This document shows, piece by piece, positions 9,493 through 19,288 of a stretch of DNA of 26,192 bases. The DNA comes from an uncultured Weeksellaceae bacterium. GTDB lineage: Bacteria > Bacteroidota > Bacteroidia > Flavobacteriales > BACL11. The DNA lies in contig CAZJXE010000001.1 of assembly GCA_964549835.1 (NCBI GenBank), positions 2,358 to 28,549 of the forward strand, in the 5' to 3' direction. Numbering within the stretch: the stretch's first letter is position 1; each line of letters opens with the position of its first letter. Below the pieces are notes generated by a model. It made no database searches and was not told the origin of the DNA. It was given only the letters and a program-made list of their open reading frames with translations. A program made the translations under genes and the position numbers.

Positions 9493-9945
9493 ATGATTAT
9501 CAATAAAGATTTTAGAAGAAGAGTTGATTTTGTTATGAGGCAAGGTTGGAAAAACATTGAAAAAATGTATAACAATGAAGCATCAAAATATGATGTAACA
9601 TTTTCAATTGGCTTCACTTTGATTAGTATTGACCCAGAAAACGGTAGCCCATCAACTTCAATAGGTCCAATAATGGGATTAGAATCAAATAGTATTTCAA
9701 GAATATTAAATTCAATGGAAAATAAAAATCTAATTACCAGAAGGCCAAATCCTAACGACGGAAGGGGCATTATAATATCTCTAACCAAGCTTGGTCTTAG
9801 CAAAAGAGAAATTGTTATACAAAAAATAAGACATTTTAAAAATTTACTAAGATCTAGAATTGATCAATCAGATTTAGAAGCGTTTCATAGAGTTTCATTA
9901 CAAATGAATGAGATTATTGAAGAAGGTAATGTTTTTAAAACTTAA
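9493..9945 (+). CDS. MarR family winged-helix transcriptional regulator
   Basis: 150 aa. HTH region IGPIMGLESNSISRILNSMENKNLI and wing motif RRPNPNDGRGIIISLT (DxR). Resembles the flavobacterial MarR clade with the MYNxEAxKY and SIDPENG motifs. Confidence 0.9.
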   Translation: MIINKDFRRRVDFVMRQGWKNIEKMYNNEASKYDVTFSIGFTLISIDPENGSPSTSIGPIMGLESNSISRILNSMENKNLITRRPNPNDGRGIIISLTKLGLSKREIVIQKIRHFKNLLRSRIDQSDLEAFHRVSLQMNEIIEEGNVFKT

Positions 9946-10739
9946 AATTCTCTTTCTTTATTAAGCTCAGTTTCACTATTTAATTCATTTTGCGGAATCA
10001 CCTTTAGAAATGTTTCATGCTGCTCAATAGAGTGAGCTATTTTATCGATGATATCATCTGTGGATTCGTTTTCATAATCAATTTTAAGAGGCTCCTTTAT
10101 GATCATCGTCTGAAGAATATTTTTTTTCTTTACTCTAAGACCTTTTTTATCAAAGGACCTCCTAAAACCATCAATAACAATCGGAACTACCACTGGTTTA
10201 TATTGCTTAATCAGAAATGCTGTACCTTTCCTTACTGGCTTGAAAGGAGTTGTAGTACCTTGAGGAAAGGTGATGACCCAACCATCATTTAATGCTTTTC
10301 CTATATTTGAAATATCACTAAATTTCACTTTTCTATTTACGTCTTCACCATTACTTCTCCAAGTTCTTTCAATGCTAACTGAACCTGCATAAGCTAAGAT
10401 CTTTGGTATTAACCCTGCATTCATAGTTTCTTTTGCAGCTATAAAGTATATATTAAGTTTTGGATTCCATAAATAACTGATGTTCTTGATAGAATCAACT
10501 CTTCCTTTTAAACTAGCATTAAATACATGAAACATAGCTACAACATCAGCAAAATATGTTTGATGGTTTGAAATAAATAGTACGTTAGAATCATTTAAAT
10601 TTCTAATAATTTCAGATCCCTCAATTTTTAATTCATTAAAGCCTCGATACCTACGGTGACTATAAGCGCCAAGTATTCTTATAAGCCACTTTTTTAAAAA
10701 GAGTACATGTCCAAAAGGGTTTCTTTTAAAAAATTGCAT
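9942..10739 (-). CDS. Lysophospholipid acyltransferase (PlsC-like 1-acyl-sn-glycerol-3-phosphate acyltransferase family)
   Basis: Catalytic HxxxxD motif in SNHQTYFAD, block III ITFPQGTT and VVPIVIDG. Its stop overlaps the marR stop (shared TTAA). Confidence 0.88.
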   Translation of the reverse strand: MQFFKRNPFGHVLFLKKWLIRILGAYSHRRYRGFNELKIEGSEIIRNLNDSNVLFISNHQTYFADVVAMFHVFNASLKGRVDSIKNISYLWNPKLNIYFIAAKETMNAGLIPKILAYAGSVSIERTWRSNGEDVNRKVKFSDISNIGKALNDGWVITFPQGTTTPFKPVRKGTAFLIKQYKPVVVPIVIDGFRRSFDKKGLRVKKKNILQTMIIKEPLKIDYENESTDDIIDKIAHSIEQHETFLKVIPQNELNSETELNKEREF

Positions 10740-10759
10740 ACCTTAATCTGATTTAAAAT

Positions 10760-11698
10760 TTAAAGTGCTGCTAAGTATCTTTCAGCATCTAATGCTGCCA
10801 TACAACCTGTTCCGGCTGCAGTTATAGCTTGCCTATAAGTATGATCTGCTGCATCACCAGAAACAAAAACTCCTTCAACATTAGTTTTAGTTGAACCTAG
10901 TTCATTTATAATATAACCTGTTGAATCCATATTTAAAAAAGGCTTGAAAATATCAGTGTTAGGATTGTGCCCTATTGCAACAAAAAATCCAGTTGCCGGT
11001 ATATCTTTTAACTCCTCGGTAATATTATTTTTGGTTAGTATCGATGTGACAACTTGACCATCACCCTTTACCTCCACTGTCGATGTGTTAAAAAGAATCT
11101 CGATATTTTCTGTTTTCTTTACCCTTTCTTGCATAATTTTTGAAGCTCGAAATTCATCTCTTCTTACAAGCATTGTTACCTTACTACATAATTTTGAGAG
11201 ATAATGAGCCTCCTCACATGCAGAATCACCACCACCAACAATCACTACTTCTTGATTCTTATAAAAAAACCCATCACATACAGCACAGGCTGATACTCCG
11301 CCTCCAGACTCCAAGTATTTTTTTTCTGATTCCAAACCTAAATATTTTGCAGAGGCACCTGTGGAAATAATTACAGTTTTACACTCTAACTCATGCTCGT
11401 CATTAACCCACAATTTTAATTGATTGCTAAAATCAACCTTAGTTATCCAACCATTTCTTATATCAGTACCAAATCTTTCAGCTTGCTTTTGTAATTCAAT
11501 CATCATGTCAGGGCCAGAAATTCCGTCCGGATAACCTGGAAAATTTTCAACATCAGTAGTTGTAGTCAACTGACCTCCTGGTTGTATTCCTTGATACAAA
11601 ACAGGATTCATGTTTGCTCTAGCTGCATATATTGCAGCAGTATATCCAGCAGGACCTGATCCGATAATAAGACAATTTATTTTTTCACTCATCATCAT
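10760..11698 (-). CDS. trxB: Thioredoxin-disulfide reductase
   Basis: FAD motif IIGSGPAGYTAA, redox motif SACAVCDG, NADPH motif VGGGDSACEEA and C-terminal YRQAITAAGTGC. There are three tandem ATGs, so the start could be 11698, 11695 or 11692. Confidence 0.97.
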   Translation of the reverse strand: MMMSEKINCLIIGSGPAGYTAAIYAARANMNPVLYQGIQPGGQLTTTTDVENFPGYPDGISGPDMMIELQKQAERFGTDIRNGWITKVDFSNQLKLWVNDEHELECKTVIISTGASAKYLGLESEKKYLESGGGVSACAVCDGFFYKNQEVVIVGGGDSACEEAHYLSKLCSKVTMLVRRDEFRASKIMQERVKKTENIEILFNTSTVEVKGDGQVVTSILTKNNITEELKDIPATGFFVAIGHNPNTDIFKPFLNMDSTGYIINELGSTKTNVEGVFVSGDAADHTYRQAITAAGTGCMAALDAERYLAAL

Positions 11699-11711
11699 TT
11701 TATTTGATTAA

Positions 11712-11719
11712 CAAAAATA
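11712..11719 (-). promoter_or_regulatory. Candidate -7 promoter element for trxB (TATTTTTG)
   Basis: Exact TAnnTTTG match on the minus strand in the divergent spacer, 19 nt before the third Met (11692). No -33 element seen. Confidence 0.45.
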
Positions 11720-11786
11720 TGTAATTATTGTTTATTTGAGGCATTCATTTTAGCATTTAATAACTAGTTTTTTGTAATTTCATTAT

Positions 11787-12863
11787 ATGAAGAAATTTGT
11801 TCAATTATTCGTTATTTTTTGTTTTCTAAATAATTTATATTCTAATGAGTTAAAATATGAATTAGTTGTTGATGAGCTTGAGGTTCCATGGGCATTTGTT
11901 TTTTTGCCTGATAATTCAATTTTAATAACTGAAAGAAAGGGTGAATTAATCCATTTTAAAAATGGTGTCAGAAATAAAATCAAAAATCTTCCTGAAATCA
12001 TCTCAAAAAATCAAGGAGGACTTTTAGATATTGAGCTGCACCCAAATTTCTCAGAAAATAAATGGATTTATATATCTTATTCCTCTTCTAATGACAAAAG
12101 TCCTGGAACAAATACAACTATTTTAAGATTCAAATTAAATGATGACTCAGCAGAAAATCAAGAGATTATATATAAAGCAACCCCGAATAGCAAAAGAACT
12201 TTACATTATGGAAGTAGAATAGTTTTTGATAAAGAAAATTATATTTTCTTCAGTATTGGTGATCGAGGCAATAGAGATCTTAATCCTCAAGATATTACAA
12301 GAGATGGTGGTAAAATTTACAGATTACATGATGATGGAAGAATTCCTGTTGATAACCCCTTCGTAAATGAAAAAAATTCAAAAAAAGCAATATTCAGCTA
12401 TGGACATAGGAATCCTCAAGGCATGTTCTATGATAAAAATGAGGATAAGATATGGATAAATGAACACGGTCCAAGAGGAGGCGATGAAATAAATATAATT
12501 AAGTCTGGGAATAATTATGGATGGCCATTGGCTAGTTACGGAATAAATTATATTGGGACAAAATTTACCGATAAAACTTCTATTAGAGGAATGATTGATC
12601 CAATTCATTATTGGGTTCCTTCTATTGCACCTAGTGGAATGGTATATATTGATAATCCAAATTATCCAACATTGAATAAAAGTATACTAATCGGATCTTT
12701 AAAATTTCAATATCTTCATCAATGTGTAATTGAAAACGGGGAAATCATTAAGGAAAATAGATTATTGGATCAAATTGGAAGGGTTAGATCTATTGAATTA
12801 GATAGTGATAAAAACATATATGTTGGAGTTGAAAATTTAGGTATTATTAAAATAATTGAATAG
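11787..12863 (+). CDS. PQQ-dependent sugar dehydrogenase (glucose/sorbosone dehydrogenase, YliI-like beta-propeller)
   Basis: Signal peptide. Motifs PWAFVFLPD, QGGLLDIELHPNF, HYGSRIVF, IFSYGHRNPQG, EHGPRGGDEIN, NYGWP and SIAPSG. Confidence 0.9.
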   Translation: MKKFVQLFVIFCFLNNLYSNELKYELVVDELEVPWAFVFLPDNSILITERKGELIHFKNGVRNKIKNLPEIISKNQGGLLDIELHPNFSENKWIYISYSSSNDKSPGTNTTILRFKLNDDSAENQEIIYKATPNSKRTLHYGSRIVFDKENYIFFSIGDRGNRDLNPQDITRDGGKIYRLHDDGRIPVDNPFVNEKNSKKAIFSYGHRNPQGMFYDKNEDKIWINEHGPRGGDEINIIKSGNNYGWPLASYGINYIGTKFTDKTSIRGMIDPIHYWVPSIAPSGMVYIDNPNYPTLNKSILIGSLKFQYLHQCVIENGEIIKENRLLDQIGRVRSIELDSDKNIYVGVENLGIIKIIE

Positions 12864-12864
12864 C

Positions 12865-13467
12865 ATGTTCATTATCGGAATCACAGGTGGTACAGGGAGT
12901 GGTAAAACTACGATTATTAATAAAGTAAATAAATTGTTTAATCAATCAAATATTGGCTTATTATCTTCAGATTCATATTATAAAGACAACAGCAATTTAA
13001 ACTTTAGTGAGAGGGAAAAGTTAAATTATGATACACCTGATGCAATAGACTTTGATTTACTAAATAATCATATTAGACTTCTAAAAACTGGCCAAGATAT
13101 TAATGTACCCCACTACTGTTTTAGCACACACCTTAGGCTTAATACCTCAACATTATTTAAGCCAAAAAAAATTTTAATAATTGAAGGTATTTTAATTCTT
13201 AGTAATAGAACTTTAAGAGATCAAATTGATTACAATGTTTTCCTTGATTGTTCTAGAGATACAAGGTTTAGAAGAAGACTCAAGAGAGATATAAATGAAA
13301 GAGGAAGAAATTATGAGGATGTTATTAAATTATTTGAAAATCGTCTGGATAAGATGCATCAAATTCACGTGAAACCAATGAAAAAAGAATGTGATTTAGT
13401 TTTGGAAACAGAAAATAATACTAACATTGGTCTTCTCATTGATGTTATAAAAAAGAATATGAAATGA
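12865..13467 (+). CDS. udk: Uridine kinase
   Basis: P-loop IGITGGTGSGKTT, DSYYKD, NYDTPDAID, IIEGIL and RRLKRDINERGR. The ATG at 12865 is preferred over the tracked TTG at 12856. Confidence 0.93.
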   Translation: MFIIGITGGTGSGKTTIINKVNKLFNQSNIGLLSSDSYYKDNSNLNFSEREKLNYDTPDAIDFDLLNNHIRLLKTGQDINVPHYCFSTHLRLNTSTLFKPKKILIIEGILILSNRTLRDQIDYNVFLDCSRDTRFRRRLKRDINERGRNYEDVIKLFENRLDKMHQIHVKPMKKECDLVLETENNTNIGLLIDVIKKNMK

Positions 13468-13763
13468 AAAATAGACTTTTAAAATTGATTAAGAGCACCT
13501 ATGGTATCATTATAATTTTATTCATTATTTGGATGATTTTTTTTGACAGTAATTCATTTATTATACATAATGAGTTAAATAATGACATAAATGAATTGAA
13601 TGATCAAAAATCTTATTATGAAAAGGAAATAGCGAAAGATAATATAGAATTACAATTGATACAATCAGACTCAGGTCTTGAAAAATATGCCAGAGAAAAA
13701 TTATTTATGAAAAAAGATAATGAAGAAATTTTTCTGATTGAATATGATACAATTTCTGATTAA
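13464..13763 (+). CDS. Septum formation initiator (FtsB/DivIC family)
   Basis: 99 aa: short basic N-terminus, one TM helix ending WMIFFDSNS, a coiled coil, and the C-terminal LEKYAREKLFMKKDNEEIF motif. Confidence 0.85.
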   Translation: MKNRLLKLIKSTYGIIIILFIIWMIFFDSNSFIIHNELNNDINELNDQKSYYEKEIAKDNIELQLIQSDSGLEKYAREKLFMKKDNEEIFLIEYDTISD

Positions 13764-14891
13764 ATGAAAGAATCAAAAAATCTAGAAAAAGCATGGAGAG
13801 ATAAAATAATTTTAGATCTTGGAGAGGATCGTTATAAAAAATTATTTTCTATAACCAATGAGGGCATCACTATTTCTCCTCATTACTCCTACAACAGAAA
13901 GTCTTTAGTTAATCCCGAAACCTTATTCTTCCCTAACGAATGGAATATTATCAACGAGATAAAATGCAATAAAACTACTGACCTAAATGAAGAGATAAAG
14001 CGATTGTATGCAAACGAAATAAAAAATTTAATTATATGTAATTATGAAGATCAATTTATTGATAATTCTTTTTTATCTCAGGGAAATATATATTTTAAAT
14101 CGGAAAGACCTGTAAAATATAATTCTGAATTTAAAATATTAATTGAACCTAACTTAGACAGCGATGAGCCAATAGACTTAAATAAATTTAATCAAGAAAA
14201 CTTTAGATTAAATTTATCTTCAGAATTTTTTAAAAACTCTGGAGCAAATATCGCTCAAGAAATCGCATTTACCCTCTCAGTTGCAATTGATTATGTTAAT
14301 AAATTTGGAAAAGCTCTATTTAGCAAAATATCATTTGAGTTAATTCAGGGAAATAATTATTTTTTTGAAATTGCTAAAATTCAAGCTTTGAGGATTTTGT
14401 GGAGTATTATTTCAAAGAAATATGGAAATCAAATAGATGATTGTATTATCACTGCAAAACCAACATCAAAAAATAAAACAACTAAAAATTATAATAATAA
14501 TATAATTAGAACTACATCTGAGTGTATGTCAGGAATATTAGGTGGTTGTAATTTTATAAAATCTATTCCTTACGATATAAAATTTAATGATGAAAACGAG
14601 TTTTCTCAAAGAATTACTAATAATCAACTTTTAATTCTAAAACATGAAACATCAATTGAATCCGTTAATAATGCAATAGCTGGTAGTTATTATATCACAT
14701 ATTTAATTGAAAAATTAGCTGAAAAATCTCTTGATTTAATAAAGAAAATTGAAAATAATGGCGGATACTTTCATGATCAAAAAAATCAAATGATTTTTCA
14801 AGAGATTTTATTGAACGAAAAGAAAGAAAAAGAACAATATGAGTCAGGAGATAAAGTTTTAGTTGGACAAAATAAATTTATAAATGATTAG
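13764..14891 (+). CDS. Methylmalonyl-CoA mutase small (non-catalytic) subunit, divergent and short
   Basis: Residual mutase-fold motifs [57 protein letters not shown] and VLVGQNKF. No DxHxxG motif. Directly upstream of the large subunit. Confidence 0.85.
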   Translation: MKESKNLEKAWRDKIILDLGEDRYKKLFSITNEGITISPHYSYNRKSLVNPETLFFPNEWNIINEIKCNKTTDLNEEIKRLYANEIKNLIICNYEDQFIDNSFLSQGNIYFKSERPVKYNSEFKILIEPNLDSDEPIDLNKFNQENFRLNLSSEFFKNSGANIAQEIAFTLSVAIDYVNKFGKALFSKISFELIQGNNYFFEIAKIQALRILWSIISKKYGNQIDDCIITAKPTSKNKTTKNYNNNIIRTTSECMSGILGGCNFIKSIPYDIKFNDENEFSQRITNNQLLILKHETSIESVNNAIAGSYYITYLIEKLAEKSLDLIKKIENNGGYFHDQKNQMIFQEILLNEKKEKEQYESGDKVLVGQNKFIND

Positions 14892-17019
14892 AGAAGATCT
14901 AAATAAACTTGATTTAGCTGACTTTAAACCCGTAAAAAGGGTTAATAGTGAACAAAAAAAAATTGAAACTGATGAAAAAATCACTGTTAAGAATTATTAC
15001 AACTTAAATGATTTGTCAAATCATAATCACATTCATTCAATTGCTGGCTTACCACCATTTGTTAGAGGACCATATTCATCCATGTATACCAATAGGCCTT
15101 GGACTATCAGACAATATGCTGGCTTTTCAACTGCCAAAGAAAGTAATCAGTTTTATAGAGAAAATTTAAAGGCAGGTCAAAAAGGCCTTTCTGTTGCATT
15201 TGATTTACCGACACACAGGGGGTATGACTCTGACAATCCTAGAGTCATTGGAGATATTGGTAAAGCTGGAGTTGCGATTGACACTGTTGAGGATATGAAA
15301 ATTTTATTTGAAGGTATACCTCTTGACAAAATGAGTGTATCAATGACCATGAATGGGGCTGTCTTGCCAATTATGGCATTTTATATTGTTGCAGCTGAAG
15401 AGCAAGGAGTGGATATTTCTAAACTTTCAGGCACAATACAAAATGATATTTTAAAGGAATATATGGTAAGAAATACCTTTATATATCCCCCAGAAGAATC
15501 AATAAGAATTATAGCGGATATTTTTGAATTTACAAGTAAAAATATGCCAAAATTTAATAGCATAAGTATTTCCGGTTATCATATGCAAGAAGCTGGTGCA
15601 AGTGCTGATCTGGAACTTGCTTACACCTTAGCAAATGGAATTGAATATGTTAAAACAGGAATTAATGCTGGTCTTAAAGTTGACGAATTTGCCAACAGAT
15701 TCTCGTTTTTTTGGGGAATCGGGATGAATCACTTTATGGAAATAGCTAAAATGAGAGCAGCTCGTTTTCTTTGGGCAAAATTAATGAAGCAATTTAATCC
15801 TGAAAATGATAAATCATATTGTCTTCGCGCTCACTGCCAAACCAGTGGTTGGAGTTTGGCTGAACAGGAGCCATTTAATAATATTACTAGAACAACAATC
15901 GAAGCATTATCAGCGGTTTTCGGGGGAACACAAAGCCTTCATACAAATTCATTAGATGAAGCTATTGGATTACCAACAAAATTTTCATCAAAAATTGCCA
16001 GAGATACTCAACTTATAATTCAAGAAGAAATTGATGTTTGTAATACAGTTGACCCATGGGGAGGAAGTTATTATGTTGAAAGTTTGACCCATCAACTTAT
16101 AGAAAGAGCTATGATTCATATTAATGAAATCAATGATGCTGGAGGTATGACAAAAGCAATTGAAAAAGGAATACCAAAAATGAGGATTGAACAGGCCGCA
16201 ACAAGAAAACAGGCTAAAATTGATAATCAGGACTTTATAATTGTAGGGGTCAATAAATTTAAATTGAAGGAAGAGGAAATAATGAATTTTCTAGAAATAG
16301 ATAATCAAGAAGTAAAAAATAATCAGCTAAAGAAATTAAAAAAAGTAAAAAATACACGAAATGAAACTGAAGTAGTTGAAATATTGAATGAGCTAAGTTT
16401 AGCCGCAAAGGAAAAAAATAAAAATTTATTAGCTTTATCAATAAAAGCTGCCAAAGCTAGAGCTACACTAGGGGAAATAAGCACTGCTTTGGAAAAAGAA
16501 TTTGGGCGTTATAAGTCTGAAATTAAAAGTTTTTCGGGTGTATATAAATCAAATATGAAGGATAATAGTTCTTATTTAAATGCAGTAAATCTTTCAGATA
16601 AATTTGCTGAGATTGATGGGCGAAGACCTAGAATTTTAATAGCAAAAATTGGACAAGATGGACATGATAGAGGAGCAAAAGTTATTGCAACTAGTTTCGC
16701 AGATATTGGATTTGATGTAGATATAGGGCCATTGTTTCAAACTCCAGAGGAGGTTGCTAAACAGGCCGTTGAAAATGACGTGCATATTATTGGAGTATCA
16801 TCTCTTGCGGGTGGTCATAAAACCTTAGTTCCAAATCTGATAAAAGAATTAAAAAAGTATGATTGTGATGATAAAATGATTGTGGTTGGTGGTGTAATAC
16901 CAAAAAAAGATTACGGCTTTTTATTTGATAAAGGAGTTAAATGTATTTTTGGTCCTGGTTCTAATATAGGTGAATCAGCTTGCGCTATACTTGAATCATT
17001 AATCAATAGCCACGGTTAA
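14884..17019 (+). CDS. scpA: Methylmalonyl-CoA mutase large (catalytic, adenosylcobalamin-binding) subunit
   Basis: Motifs [50 protein letters not shown] and B12-binding [11 protein letters not shown] (DxHxxG). The Tyr in RQYAGF is consistent with methylmalonyl-CoA specificity. Confidence 0.96.
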   Translation: MIREDLNKLDLADFKPVKRVNSEQKKIETDEKITVKNYYNLNDLSNHNHIHSIAGLPPFVRGPYSSMYTNRPWTIRQYAGFSTAKESNQFYRENLKAGQKGLSVAFDLPTHRGYDSDNPRVIGDIGKAGVAIDTVEDMKILFEGIPLDKMSVSMTMNGAVLPIMAFYIVAAEEQGVDISKLSGTIQNDILKEYMVRNTFIYPPEESIRIIADIFEFTSKNMPKFNSISISGYHMQEAGASADLELAYTLANGIEYVKTGINAGLKVDEFANRFSFFWGIGMNHFMEIAKMRAARFLWAKLMKQFNPENDKSYCLRAHCQTSGWSLAEQEPFNNITRTTIEALSAVFGGTQSLHTNSLDEAIGLPTKFSSKIARDTQLIIQEEIDVCNTVDPWGGSYYVESLTHQLIERAMIHINEINDAGGMTKAIEKGIPKMRIEQAATRKQAKIDNQDFIIVGVNKFKLKEEEIMNFLEIDNQEVKNNQLKKLKKVKNTRNETEVVEILNELSLAAKEKNKNLLALSIKAAKARATLGEISTALEKEFGRYKSEIKSFSGVYKSNMKDNSSYLNAVNLSDKFAEIDGRRPRILIAKIGQDGHDRGAKVIATSFADIGFDVDIGPLFQTPEEVAKQAVENDVHIIGVSSLAGGHKTLVPNLIKELKKYDCDDKMIVVGGVIPKKDYGFLFDKGVKCIFGPGSNIGESACAILESLINSHG

Positions 17020-17083
17020 TTTTACTGTTAACATTTTAAAATTTCTTTAACAAGAAATTGTTCTTATTACGTTTTATTAATTG

Positions 17084-17091
17084 TAAATTTA
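17084..17091 (+). promoter_or_regulatory. Candidate -7 promoter element for parA (TAAATTTA)
   Basis: One mismatch to TAnnTTTG, 20 nt before the ATG at 17112, with TTG at 17058-17060 (23-nt spacer, the same geometry as at purL). Confidence 0.33.
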
Positions 17092-17111
17092 AAATTCATT
17101 ATTTTTTAAAA

Positions 17112-17882
17112 ATGAGCAAGATTATTGCTATTTCTAATCAAAAAGGTGGAGTTGGAAAAACAACAACTTCGGTCAATTTATCATCTGCACTTGCAGCTTT
17201 AGAAAAAAAAGTCTTACTAATTGATTTTGATCCACAAGCAAATGCCAGCTCATCCATAGGAGTCGAGGTAAATATTGGAAGTAAAACAATATATAATTTA
17301 TTGGAAAATGAGTGTTCAACTAATGATTGCATTTATAAAACTAAACTCGAATTCCTTGATGTAATTCCCGCCCACATTGATTTAGTAGGAATAGAGATTG
17401 AATCAGTTAACATGATTGAAAGGGAGTATTTATTAAAGAATGCGATCATGGAGGTGGCAACAAATTATGATTTTATAATTATTGACTGCCCTCCTTCTCT
17501 AGGGTTATTAACAATTAATGCATTGTCTGCATCTGATTCAGTGTTGATTCCAATACAATGTGAATATTTAGCACTTGAGGGATTGGGTAAACTATTAAAT
17601 ACTATAAAAAGTATCCAAAAAATTCACAATGAAAACCTTTTAATAGAAGGACTTCTTTTGACAATGTATGATACTCGCTTAAATCTTTCAAATCAGGTTA
17701 AAAAAGAAGTAAAAACTCATTTCAATGAAATGGTATTTAAAACAGTCATTCACAGAAATGTAAGACTAGGTGAGGCAACAAGTTATGGCAAAAGTATCAT
17801 TGATTATGATGTTAGCAGCAAAGGAGCTGATAATTACTTAAATTTGGCAAAAGAACTTATTTCAAAAACTCATAATGGCTAA
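17112..17882 (+). CDS. parA: Chromosome partitioning ATPase ParA/Soj
   Basis: Deviant Walker A NQKGGVGKTTT, DFDPQANAS, IIDCPPSLG and IPIQCEYLALEGL. The ATG at 17112 (MSKIIAI) is preferred over the tracked TTG at 17058. Confidence 0.95.
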   Translation: MSKIIAISNQKGGVGKTTTSVNLSSALAALEKKVLLIDFDPQANASSSIGVEVNIGSKTIYNLLENECSTNDCIYKTKLEFLDVIPAHIDLVGIEIESVNMIEREYLLKNAIMEVATNYDFIIIDCPPSLGLLTINALSASDSVLIPIQCEYLALEGLGKLLNTIKSIQKIHNENLLIEGLLLTMYDTRLNLSNQVKKEVKTHFNEMVFKTVIHRNVRLGEATSYGKSIIDYDVSSKGADNYLNLAKELISKTHNG

Positions 17883-18750
17883 AGCAACAAAGAAACAAGT
17901 TTTAGGTAGAGGTTTAACATCTATTTTGGAAGATTCAAAAAATAATCCTGGCTCAATTTCTAACATAAATACGAATTATAGTACAGAAATTGATATTTCA
18001 AAAATTACCCTAAATCCATTTCAGCCAAGATCAGCTTTTGATAAAGAAAAACTAGAGGAGTTGGTCATTTCAATTAAAAATATTGGCCTAATTCAACCAA
18101 TAACAATAAAAAAAATATCAAAAAATAAATTTCAATTAATTTCAGGAGAGAGAAGATTAAGAGCATTTAAAAAGTTAAGGATTGATAAAATACCATGCTA
18201 CATAAGAAAGGCTGACGATCAACAATCCCTTGAAATGGCATTAGTTGAAAATATACACAGACAAGACTTGGATTCTATTGAAATCGCTATTTCTTACAAA
18301 AGACTAATTGAGGAAATCAAACTTACACAGGAGGAATTGAGTGAAAAAATCGGAAAAAAAAGATCAACAATAACTAATTATTTGAGACTACTAAAACTCA
18401 ATCCAATAATACAAAGCGGTATAAAGGATGGTTTCATCTCAATGGGACACGGAAGGGCAATGATAAATATTGATGATGAAAAACTACAGCTTTCAATTTA
18501 TGAAAGAATAATTTCAAAGAATTTATCTGTTAGAAATACAGAAAAACTAATTAGCTCCTTAAAAAATCCTGTTAAAAAGAACATAAACGATAATCTTAGT
18601 CATGATTTTTTAAAACAAAAAATTAAAACTGAAAAAAAACTTCAAACCAAGGTTGATTTTATTTTTAGTAAAAATAAAACTGGAAAAATCATTTTAAATT
18701 TTAAATCAAAATCTGACTTTTTAAGATTAATTAAAAAAATCAATGAATAA
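17875..18750 (+). CDS. parB: Chromosome partitioning protein ParB/Spo0J
   Basis: N-terminal LGRGL, NPFQPR, CTPase motif SGERRLRA, LVENIHRQDL, HTH TQEELSEKIGKKRSTITNYLRL and MGHGRA. Confidence 0.95.
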   Translation: MAKATKKQVLGRGLTSILEDSKNNPGSISNINTNYSTEIDISKITLNPFQPRSAFDKEKLEELVISIKNIGLIQPITIKKISKNKFQLISGERRLRAFKKLRIDKIPCYIRKADDQQSLEMALVENIHRQDLDSIEIAISYKRLIEEIKLTQEELSEKIGKKRSTITNYLRLLKLNPIIQSGIKDGFISMGHGRAMINIDDEKLQLSIYERIISKNLSVRNTEKLISSLKNPVKKNINDNLSHDFLKQKIKTEKKLQTKVDFIFSKNKTGKIILNFKSKSDFLRLIKKINE

Positions 18751-19288
18751 ATTTTTATTATCTATCATTCTATTTTTTGTTTCGATTTTTAGTTATGGTC
18801 AAAATGACGATTATGAAAAAGAATTAGAGATGGCTTTAAGACCGTCAAAAGCTACATTTTACTCTGCTGTACTTCCAGGATTAGGTCAAGCTTATAATAA
18901 AAAATATTGGAAAATACCTATTGTTTATGGTGCACTTGCAACAGGTTTATATTTCTATAATCAAAATGATAAAGATTATAAAAGATATCGTAATGCTTAC
19001 AAAAGAAGATTAGCGGGATTCACTGATGATGAATTTTACGGCAATGGCGCTTATCCTGCAATATCTAATGATGGTTTAATTAGAGCACAAAGTACTTTAA
19101 AAAGAAACAAAGAGCTGTCTATTTTGGTTACAGTTGGTTTATACATACTAAACATTGTTGATGCGAATGTAGATGCGCATTTATTGCAATACAACCTGGA
19201 TGACAATTTATCATTAAGACCTAATATCGAATTTAACGAAGTCGATAATAAATCTAATTTTGGAATTTCTTTAAATATCGAGTTATGA
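18743..19288 (+). CDS. DUF5683-like membrane/exported protein
   Basis: Signal peptide, then PSKATFYSAVLPGLGQAYNKKYWKIPIVY and LNIVDANVDAHL, the pattern of the protein that follows parB in Bacteroidota. Confidence 0.8.
   Translation: MNKFLLSIILFFVSIFSYGQNDDYEKELEMALRPSKATFYSAVLPGLGQAYNKKYWKIPIVYGALATGLYFYNQNDKDYKRYRNAYKRRLAGFTDDEFYGNGAYPAISNDGLIRAQSTLKRNKELSILVTVGLYILNIVDANVDAHLLQYNLDDNLSLRPNIEFNEVDNKSNFGISLNIEL

Noticed and set aside
11738-11749. GAGGCATTCATT as a second MarR site in the trxB/dehydrogenase spacer
   Set aside because: Only 8 of 12 positions match and it is not palindromic, which is within chance.
13740-13770. Cobalamin riboswitch upstream of the mutase genes
   Set aside because: There is no intergenic space (0 nt between the ftsB-like stop and the small-subunit ATG) and no B12-box sequence.
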